Positions 40,092 through 49,360 of a stretch of 64,000 bases of DNA are shown in pieces; position 1 is the first letter of the stretch, and each line of letters starts with the position of its first letter. The stretch comes from an uncultured Fibrobacterota bacterium. GTDB lineage: Bacteria > Fibrobacterota > Chitinivibrionia > Chitinivibrionales > FEN-1185. Position numbers and translations under genes: made by a program. The stretch covers positions 161,302 through 225,301 of the forward strand of contig CAVWBU010000035.1 in the NCBI GenBank assembly GCA_963753345.1. Direction: 5' to 3'. The notes beneath the pieces are model-generated. The model searched no databases and was not told where the DNA came from. It saw only the letters and a list, made by a program, of their open reading frames with translations.

Positions 40092-40685
40092 ATGAACTTC
40101 AAGATTGATTTCAGAAAACCCGAGGTACGTAACGTCCTTATTATTGTCGCCGTGGGTCTGGTTTCGGGGTTTTTGTGGTATCAGTTTGTGTACACGGGGA
40201 TCAACGAAAACAAGACCAGGCTGGAAAACGATCTCAAGAAGAAGCAGACCGAACTGAACAACATTCTTATTCTCAAGCCCCAGCTTAAGACGCTCGAAAA
40301 GGACATTGCGGCGGCCAGCGTTCGGCTTGATTCCCTTAAGTCAATGTTTCCCGACCAGAAGGAAGTTCCAAAGCTTATCCGGGAAATCACGGGCGTCGCC
40401 CATGCTTCCGATATTTACGCCACCAGGTTCAACCCTCTGCCCGACGTTCAACGCGAATATTATGTGGAAAACAGGTACGATATTTCGGTGACGGGAGGAT
40501 ACCACCAGCTCGCGCAGTTCTTCAGCTACCTCGCCAATATGCCTCTCATCATCAATCTGACCCATATGTCAATACATCCGAACCCGGGATACACCCAGTC
40601 GAAGCAGGAGGCGGAAGAGCACGGGACCCCCATCAGCAGCATCACGGCGTCGTTCCAGATGACGACGTTCTCGTCGAAGAAGTAG
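40092..40685 (+). CDS. pilO: Type IV pilus assembly protein PilO
   Basis: TM plus coiled coil, FPDQKEVPKLI, VTGGYHQLAQFF..LANMPLIIN. Confidence 0.9.
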   Translation: MNFKIDFRKPEVRNVLIIVAVGLVSGFLWYQFVYTGINENKTRLENDLKKKQTELNNILILKPQLKTLEKDIAAASVRLDSLKSMFPDQKEVPKLIREITGVAHASDIYATRFNPLPDVQREYYVENRYDISVTGGYHQLAQFFSYLANMPLIINLTHMSIHPNPGYTQSKQEAEEHGTPISSITASFQMTTFSSKK

Positions 40686-40695
40686 GACAAGAGTT

Positions 40696-42621
40696 ATGAC
40701 GTTGTGCCGAAAAATCCTTCCGATCACGCCGATTCTGCAGGCATTGGCGTCGCTCATGTGCTGTGCGTGGGTTGCGCAGGGCGCATCGGCCGTCCTGTCC
40801 GGACTTGAAATTGTGGGAGGTCCGAAAGGGGTAGCGCTCACGCTCCGAGCCGACGCTCCGTTCCCCATCAAATTGGAAGAAAGAGGCTCGTCGAAGAACG
40901 CGGGACAGGTTCTGGTGGCGGTGCATTGCACCAATGTGATCTACGGGCTCGAAGACTTCGAGTTCGCCACATTTCCGCGGGGATGCCCGGTTTCCCGCAT
41001 CGGCGTGAGCGAAAACCCTGGGGCCAATTCCATTGACATGGTTGTTGCCCTTTCCGGCAGGCTTGACCGCCCCGCGATTTCGAAGCAGAAAGAAACCAAA
41101 TGGATCATTCTCCTCTCGCGCGACCCGGTGTCCGCGTTCTCGTGGAGCGCTGTGCCCCAGGCAAAACCCGCGGCCGCTTCAGCCAGAGCGGAATCCCCTG
41201 CGCGGCAGCTTGGCTCGTCCCGCCTCACAGATATTTCGGTGCTGGTGAGAGACAACGTGGAAGTGCTCACCTTTTCTTTCGACGGCTCCACCGCCATGCG
41301 GTTCAAGCGCGACCGGGACAAGATAGTGGTGCTTTTTGTCAATACAGCAAGCGGGCTTCCCCTGACCCGCTTTTCGCCATCCAATGATCCGGCGAGCGTC
41401 GTCGAACTCAAGCAGATTGCTCACGGCGGAACCATGTGGCTCGGCGCGTCGGTGCTCCTGGCGCCGCCGCAGCTTGAAAGCGCGGTCATTCAGGCATTTT
41501 CCGACCGGCTGGTGATCTATGCGGTGCGCGATTCCCTGCAGAGCCTGTCGCTGTGGTCGGCGGCCAAGGGGCAGACCGCGCAGTACAGTTTTGCAAAGCT
41601 TCCCCGGTTCAACGTGGACATCGAAGGAATGAAGAAAAGGGCGGCTGCAGACCTGTCGGGCAATTTGCAAAAAGAACGGACCTTTGCCATCCACGAGGGC
41701 GCGGCCGCAAGGCCCACCTCTGCGCCGGAGCAAAAAGCGGCCCCGTCTGCCGCGCCCGCTGCCGAGAGGCCGGCGCCGCCGGCGGTGCGGCTTATGGTGA
41801 CAAAAGACAATGTAAGCCTCCGCTCCAATCCCTCTGCGGGAAACAACGTGATCGCAAAGCTTTCCACGGGGACGGTGGCAACGCTTATTCAGAGGAAACG
41901 GGATTGGGTGAATATGCGGGCCGGTGACACGGCGGGGTGGGTTCTCTCCGCGGCCGTAACCGACAGCGCGCATGTTTCAAGGGCCGTTCTAGACAAAGTG
42001 GAAAAGGCCGTCAAGGCGCGGCTCGCACAGCAGAAGGCGTCCGAAGAAAAGGCCGCCAGAGATCTGGCCGCAAAGGAAAAGGCGGACCAGGAAAAACTTG
42101 CGAAACAGAAGCTTGCGGCAGACCGCGAGGCCCAGAAAAAGGCCGCGGTGGCGGCAAAGGCAGCAGCGCGCGATTCCGCCGGGCGCGAGGCCCAGAAAAA
42201 AGCCGCGATCGAGGCAAAGGCCGTCGTCGTGCGCGATTCAGGCGTGCGGTATGCGACCGCGGCGGCAGCGGTCAAGGATAGCGTGCAGGCACAGGCCGCA
42301 AAGAATATTGTAGCAAGGAATCAGGTGGAATATCACGTGTACGGCAGGGATCCGTTTCTCCCTCTTACGGGGGATGAGGACAGCAAGGTCCACAACGTGC
42401 AGGACATGACGCTGGTGGGAATCCTGTATGATCAGGCCGACCGCATCGCGCTGTTCGAATCCGCAAAAGGCAAGGAAAAGGCGGTCGCGCTCAGGGAAAA
42501 CGATCCTGTTCAAAACGGATATGTGCTGAGGATCCAGCCCGACAAGGTGCTGTTTCTCCTGAATGAACTCGGCATTTCCAGAACGTATGCCATGAAACTT
42601 TTCAAGGAAAAAGAAAAATGA
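40696..42621 (+). CDS. Large exported protein in the PilP position: AMIN-like region, SH3b domain, Ala/Lys coil, PilP-like C-terminus
   Basis: VTKDNVSLRSNPS...WVNMRAG..AGWV SH3; GRDPFLPL..MTLVGILYD..ALF..L.END.V..G.V.RI PilP-like; lies between pilO and pilQ. Confidence 0.65.
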   Translation: MTLCRKILPITPILQALASLMCCAWVAQGASAVLSGLEIVGGPKGVALTLRADAPFPIKLEERGSSKNAGQVLVAVHCTNVIYGLEDFEFATFPRGCPVSRIGVSENPGANSIDMVVALSGRLDRPAISKQKETKWIILLSRDPVSAFSWSAVPQAKPAAASARAESPARQLGSSRLTDISVLVRDNVEVLTFSFDGSTAMRFKRDRDKIVVLFVNTASGLPLTRFSPSNDPASVVELKQIAHGGTMWLGASVLLAPPQLESAVIQAFSDRLVIYAVRDSLQSLSLWSAAKGQTAQYSFAKLPRFNVDIEGMKKRAAADLSGNLQKERTFAIHEGAAARPTSAPEQKAAPSAAPAAERPAPPAVRLMVTKDNVSLRSNPSAGNNVIAKLSTGTVATLIQRKRDWVNMRAGDTAGWVLSAAVTDSAHVSRAVLDKVEKAVKARLAQQKASEEKAARDLAAKEKADQEKLAKQKLAADREAQKKAAVAAKAAARDSAGREAQKKAAIEAKAVVVRDSGVRYATAAAAVKDSVQAQAAKNIVARNQVEYHVYGRDPFLPLTGDEDSKVHNVQDMTLVGILYDQADRIALFESAKGKEKAVALRENDPVQNGYVLRIQPDKVLFLLNELGISRTYAMKLFKEKEK

Positions 42622-44015
42622 GGCTGAGTATGAAAACACCAGTCAGACCGTCGTCGATCGTGCGCGTCGCCGTGGTGCTTGCGGCGTTGCTTCTGTTGTG
42701 CGTTGCGCTGGCATGGAGCCAGGCCGACTCTGCGGCGCAGGGAGAAGGATCTGTCGCTGCGCAGGCGGAAAAAAAGCCTGTTCACGACAGAACGATCGCA
42801 ACCTTCAACGTGGTCAACGCAGACGTGCGCTCGGTATTCAGGCAGTTGTCCCAATATGCGGGTTACGACATCGTGCTTGGCGACAAGGTGACCGGCACCG
42901 TGTCGCTCAGCGTCACCGACAAGACATGGCGGGAGATTCTCGGCATCGTATGCAAGATCACGAACCTCACCGCCATCAAGGAGCCTTCCTATCTGTACAT
43001 TGTTCCCTCGGAAGATTATCACAAACAGCAATTGGCGGATGCCACAATGAACCAGCAGGCGGAAGCGGTGGAGGTGCTCAAGCGGGATGTCATCAGGTGC
43101 AACAATGCCAAGGCGGAGGAGATGAAGAACGCCGTTCAGGCCCTGGTTTCCTCACGGGGGAAGATAACGGTGGTCGAAAGGAACAATGCGCTCATCATTT
43201 TCGACACCGATCAGAATATCGCCCAGATCCGCAAAACAATCCAGGATCTCGATGTAGAAACCGACCAGGTGCTCATTTCGTGCAAGATCCTCACGGCGAA
43301 CACGGACGCCTTGCGGGACCTCGGCATCGGATGGGGGTATTTCGACAACATCGGCGGCACGGCCGTCAGCGCCACGCACATGCCCAACTACACGGTGGCG
43401 GGGGAGCTGGAGCGGCTCGTTATCGGGGTGGTCGGCCAGGACAAGCTGGCCGCATCGCTCAGTTTTCTGTTCCAGAATTCAAAAGCCGATGTCGTTGCGC
43501 AGCCGCAGATAATGACACTTGACAATAAGGAAGCCAGCGTATTCCTGGGAAGCCAGGTGCCTGTCCTTACCATGCCCAGCATTCCCTCGGGCACCACGCA
43601 GCTGATCTCGGAAGCTCCGACCGTCACGATGCTCGATGCCGGCACCAATCTGGTGGTCACGCCTCACATAACAAGCGACAAGCGCGTTATGCTCACCATC
43701 AACGCCACAAAGAGTTCCTATACGTTGACGGGGACCGGATCAAACCCGATCATCAACAGGCAGGCCGCTCAAACCAATGTGGTGGTGACGGATGGCGAAA
43801 CCGCGGTGATAGCAGGGCTCACCGGGACCGATGATGAGTACCTTGAGGAAGGAATACCCTTTCTCAAGGACATACCCTTTATCGGCAATCTTTTCAAGCA
43901 TACCAAGAAAACCATCACCAAGAACGATTTGATGGTGTTTGTGACCCCGCACATTATCGTCAAGAAACTGGACGGGGTGTCGGGGCTGTCGTCGGGAACT
44001 CCGGCGGCAAAGTAG
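42618..44015 (+). CDS. pilQ: Type IV pilus secretin
   Basis: NADVRSVF..V.G.VSL N0 domain, QPQIMTLDNKEA, LVVTPHI, DGETAVIAGL, GIPFLKDIPFIGNLFK, LMVFVTPHII. Confidence 0.9.
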   Translation: MRLSMKTPVRPSSIVRVAVVLAALLLLCVALAWSQADSAAQGEGSVAAQAEKKPVHDRTIATFNVVNADVRSVFRQLSQYAGYDIVLGDKVTGTVSLSVTDKTWREILGIVCKITNLTAIKEPSYLYIVPSEDYHKQQLADATMNQQAEAVEVLKRDVIRCNNAKAEEMKNAVQALVSSRGKITVVERNNALIIFDTDQNIAQIRKTIQDLDVETDQVLISCKILTANTDALRDLGIGWGYFDNIGGTAVSATHMPNYTVAGELERLVIGVVGQDKLAASLSFLFQNSKADVVAQPQIMTLDNKEASVFLGSQVPVLTMPSIPSGTTQLISEAPTVTMLDAGTNLVVTPHITSDKRVMLTINATKSSYTLTGTGSNPIINRQAAQTNVVVTDGETAVIAGLTGTDDEYLEEGIPFLKDIPFIGNLFKHTKKTITKNDLMVFVTPHIIVKKLDGVSGLSSGTPAAK

Positions 44016-44219
44016 ACCGTCATCTGCACCGGGCCGGTCCACAACGGCGCGCGAGCGGTGCTTTGCCGGGCTGATTTTCCGCGGTCTTCCCGACAACGGG
44101 AACCGCATCGTTGTGTGCGCGCCTTCCGGAAACCAGAGCGAAATATTCCCCTTTGTCAAAAAGTCAAACGTTTTTTTCTTACCGCGGCGGTTTTTTCCTG
44201 TTTTTTCGCCTCCCGTCTA

Positions 44220-44324
44220 TTGACAGCCCTGCCGAATATATTGTATACTGGTTATTGAGAATGTAGCATGGGTTGTGGTTTCCTCGATCAAACAGGATTC
44301 CCTCACTTGTACGAAAGATTGTGG
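44220..44324 (+). promoter_or_regulatory. nrdD promoter with NrdR-box-like sites
   Basis: TTGACA (44220), 18 bp, TATACT (44244); box-like gccgaAtATaTtGtat (44231-44246) and gtaCgAaAgaTtGtgg (44309-44324). Confidence 0.6.
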
Positions 44325-44433
44325 TGCTTGACAGCATAAGTCTCACGCGCGCATCCTTTTAAGAGTGCGCGCAGGGTGAGAGTGATTGTGCTTTGTCTGG
44401 GCATTGCGCTTTGGCCCGGGGAGGAACGTAACA

Positions 44434-46560
44434 ATGATTTCGACCATCAGGAAGCGCGACGGGAAGCTCGTTCCGTACGACAACTACAAGATCGCCAACG
44501 CCATATTCAAGGCGGCCGAGGCGGTCGGCGGAAAAGACTTCGGCCTCGCGCTCACCCTCGCCAAGCAGGTGGAGCATGCCATCGGCGGGAAGTTCCATTC
44601 CAATTCCATCCCCGCGGTGGAGGAGATCCAGGACCTGGTGGAAAAGGTCCTCATTGAGAACGGCCATGCGCGCGTGGCGAAGTCCTTCATCCTGTACCGC
44701 GAGCAGCGCAGGCGCGCGCGCACCACCAAGGACATTCTTCTTGACATCGTGAACACCATGGACGGTTACCTCAAGCAGGAAGACTGGCGCGTCAACGAGA
44801 ATTCCAACGTGAGCTATTCTCTGGGCGGGCTCATCCTGTACAACAGCGGCGCCATTACGGCGAATTACTGGCTCGAAAACATCTATCCTCACGAGATTTC
44901 CGAGGCGCACCGCAACGGCGAGATCCACCTGCACGACCTGTCGATGTTCTCCGGGTATTGCGCCGGGTGGTCGCTGCGGCAGCTGATCGCGGAGGGACTC
45001 GGCGGAATAAAAGGGAAAATTTCCTCGAAACCGCCCCGCCACCTTTCCACGCTTGTGCAGCAGATGGTGAATTTTCTGGGCGTGCTCCAGAACGAATGGG
45101 CGGGCGCGCAGGCGTTCTCGTCGTTCGACACGTATCTTGCGCCGTTTGTGGGCTACAACAAGATGTCGTATGCGGAAGTAAAGCAATGCATCCAGTCGTT
45201 CGTGTTCGGGGTCAACACGCCGTCCCGCTGGGGATCGCAGGCGCCGTTCACCAACATCACGCTCGACTGGGTGGTGCCCGACGACCTTAGGGAGCAGCCG
45301 GCGATCGTGGGCGGCAAGCCCCTCAGCGCAACGTACGGTGATTTCCAGAAGGAAATGGACATTGTCAACAAGGCGTTCATCGAGGTCCTCATCGAGGGCG
45401 ACTCGAGCGGCCGCGGATTCAGCTACCCCATACCCACCGTCAACCTCACAAAGAATTTCAACTGGGACAGCGAAAACGCAGATCTCCTGTTCACAATGAC
45501 GGGCAAATACGGCACGCCGTATTTCCAGAACTTCATCAATTCGAGCCTCAACCCCGGCGACGTTCGCTCCATGTGCTGCAGGCTGCAGCTCGACAAACGG
45601 GAACTGCGCAACCGCGGGGGCGGCCTGTTCGGGTCCGACGAATTCACCGGCTCCATCGGCGTGGTGACGCTCAATCTGCCTCGCATCGGGTACCTGTCGT
45701 CGTCCAAGGAAGATTATTTCTCCCAGCTCGACCATCTGATGGGCGTCGCGCGCGAAAGCCTTGAGATCAAGCGCAGGGTCATCACGCGGCTCATGGACCA
45801 GGGGCTCTTTCCGTATACGCAGCGGTACCTGCGCCACTGGAACAACCATTTCTCCACCATCGGCCTCATCGGCATGAACGAATCGACGCTCAATTTCATG
45901 GGCAAGGACCTCACGCACGCCGAGGCGCGGGAGTTCGCCAAGGAAGTGCTCGTTCACATGCGCGAAAAGCTCGTGGGGTTCCAGGAGGAGACCGGCCACC
46001 TGTACAACCTGGAGGCAACGCCGGGCGAGGGCACCAGCTACCGGCTTGCGAAAATAGACCGGCAGAAATTCTCGCGCATGGTGATCCCCGGCGCCGACAG
46101 CCCGTATTACACCAACTCGACCGCGCTTCCCGTCAACACCACCGACGACGTGTTCGAAGCGCTCGACATGCAGAACGACATCCAGCGGCTGTACACCGGC
46201 GGCACCGTGTTCCACGCGTTTATCGGCGAATCAATTGACGATGCGGAAACGTGCAAGCGGCTGGTGAGGAAAATCGCCTCGTCGTACGAGATACCGTATT
46301 TCACCATCACGCCCACGTTCTCGGTCTGCAACAACCACGGCTACCTCAAGGGCGAACAGTTCGTCTGTCCCAGCTGCGGCGAGGAGACCGAGGTATACTC
46401 GCGCATCGTGGGATACTACCGGCCCGTGCAGAACTGGAACTGCGGCAAGAAGTCCGAATACCGCGACAGAAAGATCTTCAAGGTGACTGAGGAAACGATC
46501 GCCGCGCCCCGCCGGTCGGGAGAGAAAGTTGTCGCATGCGAAACTGCATCACCGGCGTAG
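44434..46560 (+). CDS. nrdD: Class III anaerobic ribonucleoside-triphosphate reductase with ATP cone
   Basis: IRKRDG ATP cone, HLHDL, SMCCRL, YNLEATPGEG, Zn ribbon and glycyl-radical loop YSRIVGYYRPV. Confidence 0.96.
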   Translation: MISTIRKRDGKLVPYDNYKIANAIFKAAEAVGGKDFGLALTLAKQVEHAIGGKFHSNSIPAVEEIQDLVEKVLIENGHARVAKSFILYREQRRRARTTKDILLDIVNTMDGYLKQEDWRVNENSNVSYSLGGLILYNSGAITANYWLENIYPHEISEAHRNGEIHLHDLSMFSGYCAGWSLRQLIAEGLGGIKGKISSKPPRHLSTLVQQMVNFLGVLQNEWAGAQAFSSFDTYLAPFVGYNKMSYAEVKQCIQSFVFGVNTPSRWGSQAPFTNITLDWVVPDDLREQPAIVGGKPLSATYGDFQKEMDIVNKAFIEVLIEGDSSGRGFSYPIPTVNLTKNFNWDSENADLLFTMTGKYGTPYFQNFINSSLNPGDVRSMCCRLQLDKRELRNRGGGLFGSDEFTGSIGVVTLNLPRIGYLSSSKEDYFSQLDHLMGVARESLEIKRRVITRLMDQGLFPYTQRYLRHWNNHFSTIGLIGMNESTLNFMGKDLTHAEAREFAKEVLVHMREKLVGFQEETGHLYNLEATPGEGTSYRLAKIDRQKFSRMVIPGADSPYYTNSTALPVNTTDDVFEALDMQNDIQRLYTGGTVFHAFIGESIDDAETCKRLVRKIASSYEIPYFTITPTFSVCNNHGYLKGEQFVCPSCGEETEVYSRIVGYYRPVQNWNCGKKSEYRDRKIFKVTEETIAAPRRSGEKVVACETASPA

Positions 46561-47243
46561 CGGGCTGGCAGAAGAATTCGTTTATCGATTTTCCGGGGAC
46601 GGTTTCGGCCGTCCTCTTTTTTTCCGGGTGCAACCTCGCCTGCCCCTATTGCCACAACCCCGAGATCGTAAAAGCGGGAACATCGTCGCTCGTCCGGCCC
46701 GATGACATTGCGGACTTCCTTGAAAAGCGGAAAGGGCTCATCGACGGCATTGTTCTGTCCGGCGGCGAGCCCACGCTGCACGCCTGTCTTACCGAAGCCG
46801 CGGATTATATACGGTCGCTCGGGTATCGCGTGAAGCTCGACACCAACGGACTGCTTCCCGATGCGGCCGCGGCGGCGCGTCCCGATTACCTGGCCCTCGA
46901 TGTGAAAACAACGCCGCGGTTGTACGCGGAGCTTCTCGGCAGTCCCTACGAAGACACCGAACAACGCCTCGCCCGTTCGGTCGATATGGCCCGTTCGATG
47001 GGGGAACAGGCCGAGGTGAGAATCACCATCGCGCCCGGCATTGTCGACAGGGAAATCATCCGCGAGATAGGCGAGTTTGTCAACGGCGTTCAAAAGGCCT
47101 TTCTTCAGCCCATGCAAAGCAGGGGGAAGCTGCTTGACCCGTCGATTGCGGAAAGGGCTCCTGTCGGCGAGGAGGAGATTGCGGCGTTCAGAGACATTTT
47201 GGCGGAGTACGTGGAAAAGTGTTCGATACGGGGCAAAACCTGA
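46536..47243 (+). CDS. nrdG: Anaerobic RNR activating radical SAM enzyme
   Basis: SFIDFPG, GCNLACPYCHN, LSGGEP, KLDTNG. Confidence 0.93.
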   Translation: MRNCITGVAGWQKNSFIDFPGTVSAVLFFSGCNLACPYCHNPEIVKAGTSSLVRPDDIADFLEKRKGLIDGIVLSGGEPTLHACLTEAADYIRSLGYRVKLDTNGLLPDAAAAARPDYLALDVKTTPRLYAELLGSPYEDTEQRLARSVDMARSMGEQAEVRITIAPGIVDREIIREIGEFVNGVQKAFLQPMQSRGKLLDPSIAERAPVGEEEIAAFRDILAEYVEKCSIRGKT

Positions 47244-47268
47244 CCGGCGCGGCAAACGGCTGCTGCGG

Positions 47269-48972
47269 CTATTCCCTCTCGATGAATTCCTGAGCAATTT
47301 TCTCCAATTCGTGCACCGATTTCTTCTCAATTTCCCTGCACACTTGGGGGATCGCCGATGTGTGCATCGACAGGGTGCGGATGCCCAGGCCCACCAGGTA
47401 CGGGGCGCTGGCCGGGTCCGATGCGACTTCGCCGCACACCGAAACCTCGCGCCGGTGACGATCGTTCGCCTCCATCACCTGCTTGATAAGCGCGAGAAGC
47501 ACGCGAAAGGAGCCGGTGCGGTACTTTTCGAGCCTGCTGTTTTCGCGGCTGGCGGCAAAAGCGTACTGGATGAGATCGTTGGTGCCGATGCTCAGAAAGT
47601 CCACTTTGTCCAGAAATGACCGCATCGACATCACCACTGCCGGCACTTCCACCATCATCCCCAGCGCATACCGTGAGCGGGCGACACCCTCCCGTTTGCC
47701 AATCCTGTGAAGCGCCTGGCCTATCGCGTCCACTTCGCTCGGCAGCGACACGAAGGGAATAAGGATTTTCACGTTGCCGCCCCTGGCGCAGGCGCGCAGG
47801 ATGCTTGTCAGATGATTTTCGAGCAGGACGGGATTCTCGAGCAGAAACCGGACGCCCCGCACGCCCAGGGAGGGGTTCTCCTCGCGCAAGGGGGCCAGAT
47901 AGGGCAGGGTCTTGTCGGCGCCGGTGTCCAGCAGGCGGATGGTGACCGGTTTGTTGCTGCAAAGCGCAATGATCGATTCGTAGTAGGACGTTTCCTCTTC
48001 CACCGACGGCAGTTTCTTGAGCGACAGGTAGAACAGCTCGGACCGGAGCAGTCCGATGCCTTCCGCGCCCGACTGCAGCGCCTCCTTTACTTCGAGGAGA
48101 GAGCCGGCATTGGCTTCGAGCCGCACCGCGATTCCGTCCTTCGTGAGGCACTTTCTTGTCCTGGCCGGACGGCAGACCAAAGGCTGCGGCATGGCGGAAC
48201 GTTTCTTCCGATACCGGGCCTCGGTGGCGGGGGACGGCGACACGATTACCTTGCCTTCGTGGCCGTCGACGATGAGCGGCGTCCCCGACCGCACGAGCGA
48301 CAGGGCGCCCGGAACGTTGATGAGGGCGGGCACGCCGAGAGACTTGGCGATAATTGACACATGAGAAACCGTCGATCCGTTCTCGACGATGATGCCGACG
48401 ATCTTGTCCAGGTCCAGCAGGGCGACGTCGGACGGAAGGAGCTGCTCGGCCACGATGACGACGCCCGCCGGCATGTTGCGGAGCGGCGTGACGCGCACGT
48501 GCTCGATGTCGAGGATGTTGCGCAGCAGGCGATGGTAGACGTCCTGCACGTCGAGCAGCTTCGACTTGAAGACATCGGTCTGCATCGCCAAGAATTTCTT
48601 TTCGAGGCCGCGGATGCTGTTGGCGATAACATATTCCGCATTGGCCTTGCTCGCCGATACGTCGCTTCTGATGGCGGTGAGAAAGCCCGCGTCGGAGAGG
48701 ATCTGGATCTGAACCTGAAAAATGTCCGACACGTCGGCAAAGTCGTCCCTGCTCGCCGCCTGCAGCACGCGGAGCTGTTCCATGCTTTTTTTATGCGCCG
48801 TTTCGAGCCGTTCGAGCTCCGCGTCGACATTGTCAACCGGGAGCCGCTGTTCTTCGAGCGTGGTGAGGTCGATCTGCGTGAAATGGTACGCCGTGCCGAT
48901 GCCGATTCCCGGCGAGACCGCCGTACCCGCGAGTTCCAGGTCGGTCGTGGTCTGTGCAACAAAAGGCGGCAT
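47269..48972 (-). CDS. ptsI: PTS enzyme I (PEP-protein phosphotransferase)
   Basis: Phospho-His motif STVSHVSIIAK, GIGLLRSE, IRLLD.GADK, EENPSLGVRG, MVEVP, SIGTNDL.QY, VCGE. Confidence 0.92.
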   Translation of the reverse strand: MPPFVAQTTTDLELAGTAVSPGIGIGTAYHFTQIDLTTLEEQRLPVDNVDAELERLETAHKKSMEQLRVLQAASRDDFADVSDIFQVQIQILSDAGFLTAIRSDVSASKANAEYVIANSIRGLEKKFLAMQTDVFKSKLLDVQDVYHRLLRNILDIEHVRVTPLRNMPAGVVIVAEQLLPSDVALLDLDKIVGIIVENGSTVSHVSIIAKSLGVPALINVPGALSLVRSGTPLIVDGHEGKVIVSPSPATEARYRKKRSAMPQPLVCRPARTRKCLTKDGIAVRLEANAGSLLEVKEALQSGAEGIGLLRSELFYLSLKKLPSVEEETSYYESIIALCSNKPVTIRLLDTGADKTLPYLAPLREENPSLGVRGVRFLLENPVLLENHLTSILRACARGGNVKILIPFVSLPSEVDAIGQALHRIGKREGVARSRYALGMMVEVPAVVMSMRSFLDKVDFLSIGTNDLIQYAFAASRENSRLEKYRTGSFRVLLALIKQVMEANDRHRREVSVCGEVASDPASAPYLVGLGIRTLSMHTSAIPQVCREIEKKSVHELEKIAQEFIERE

Positions 48973-48980
48973 ACGCTGTC

Positions 48981-49349
48981 CTATGCAAGAAGCCGGCGGA
49001 CGGCCGCCAGCAATTCGTCTATGTCAAACGGTTTGGTGAAGTATTCGTCGGCTTTCAGGATGTCTTTTCCGATGATTTTGTCCCGGGCCGTGTCTTTTGC
49101 GGTGAGCATGATAATCCGCACCGAGTCGCGGTACCTGTCGCGCACCTGCTTGCACACCTCCCAGCCGTCCATTTCCGGCATCATGACGTCGAGGACAATG
49201 AGCCGGGGAAGGCACTGCTCCATTGCGCGCAGCGCCTCCGCGCCGTTTGATGCCGTGGTGATGTCGTATCCCTGGGCACAGAGATTGACGCGCAGGAGTT
49301 CACTCACGTTCGGGTCGTCGTCGACAATAAGAACTGCATTGTTGCCCAC
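48981..49349 (-). CDS. Single-domain response regulator receiver
   Basis: LIVDDD, LDVMMPEMDG, MLTAK, TKPF; no output domain. Confidence 0.92.
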   Translation of the reverse strand: MGNNAVLIVDDDPNVSELLRVNLCAQGYDITTASNGAEALRAMEQCLPRLIVLDVMMPEMDGWEVCKQVRDRYRDSVRIIMLTAKDTARDKIIGKDILKADEYFTKPFDIDELLAAVRRLLA

Positions 49350-49360
49350 GGTTTTTTCCT

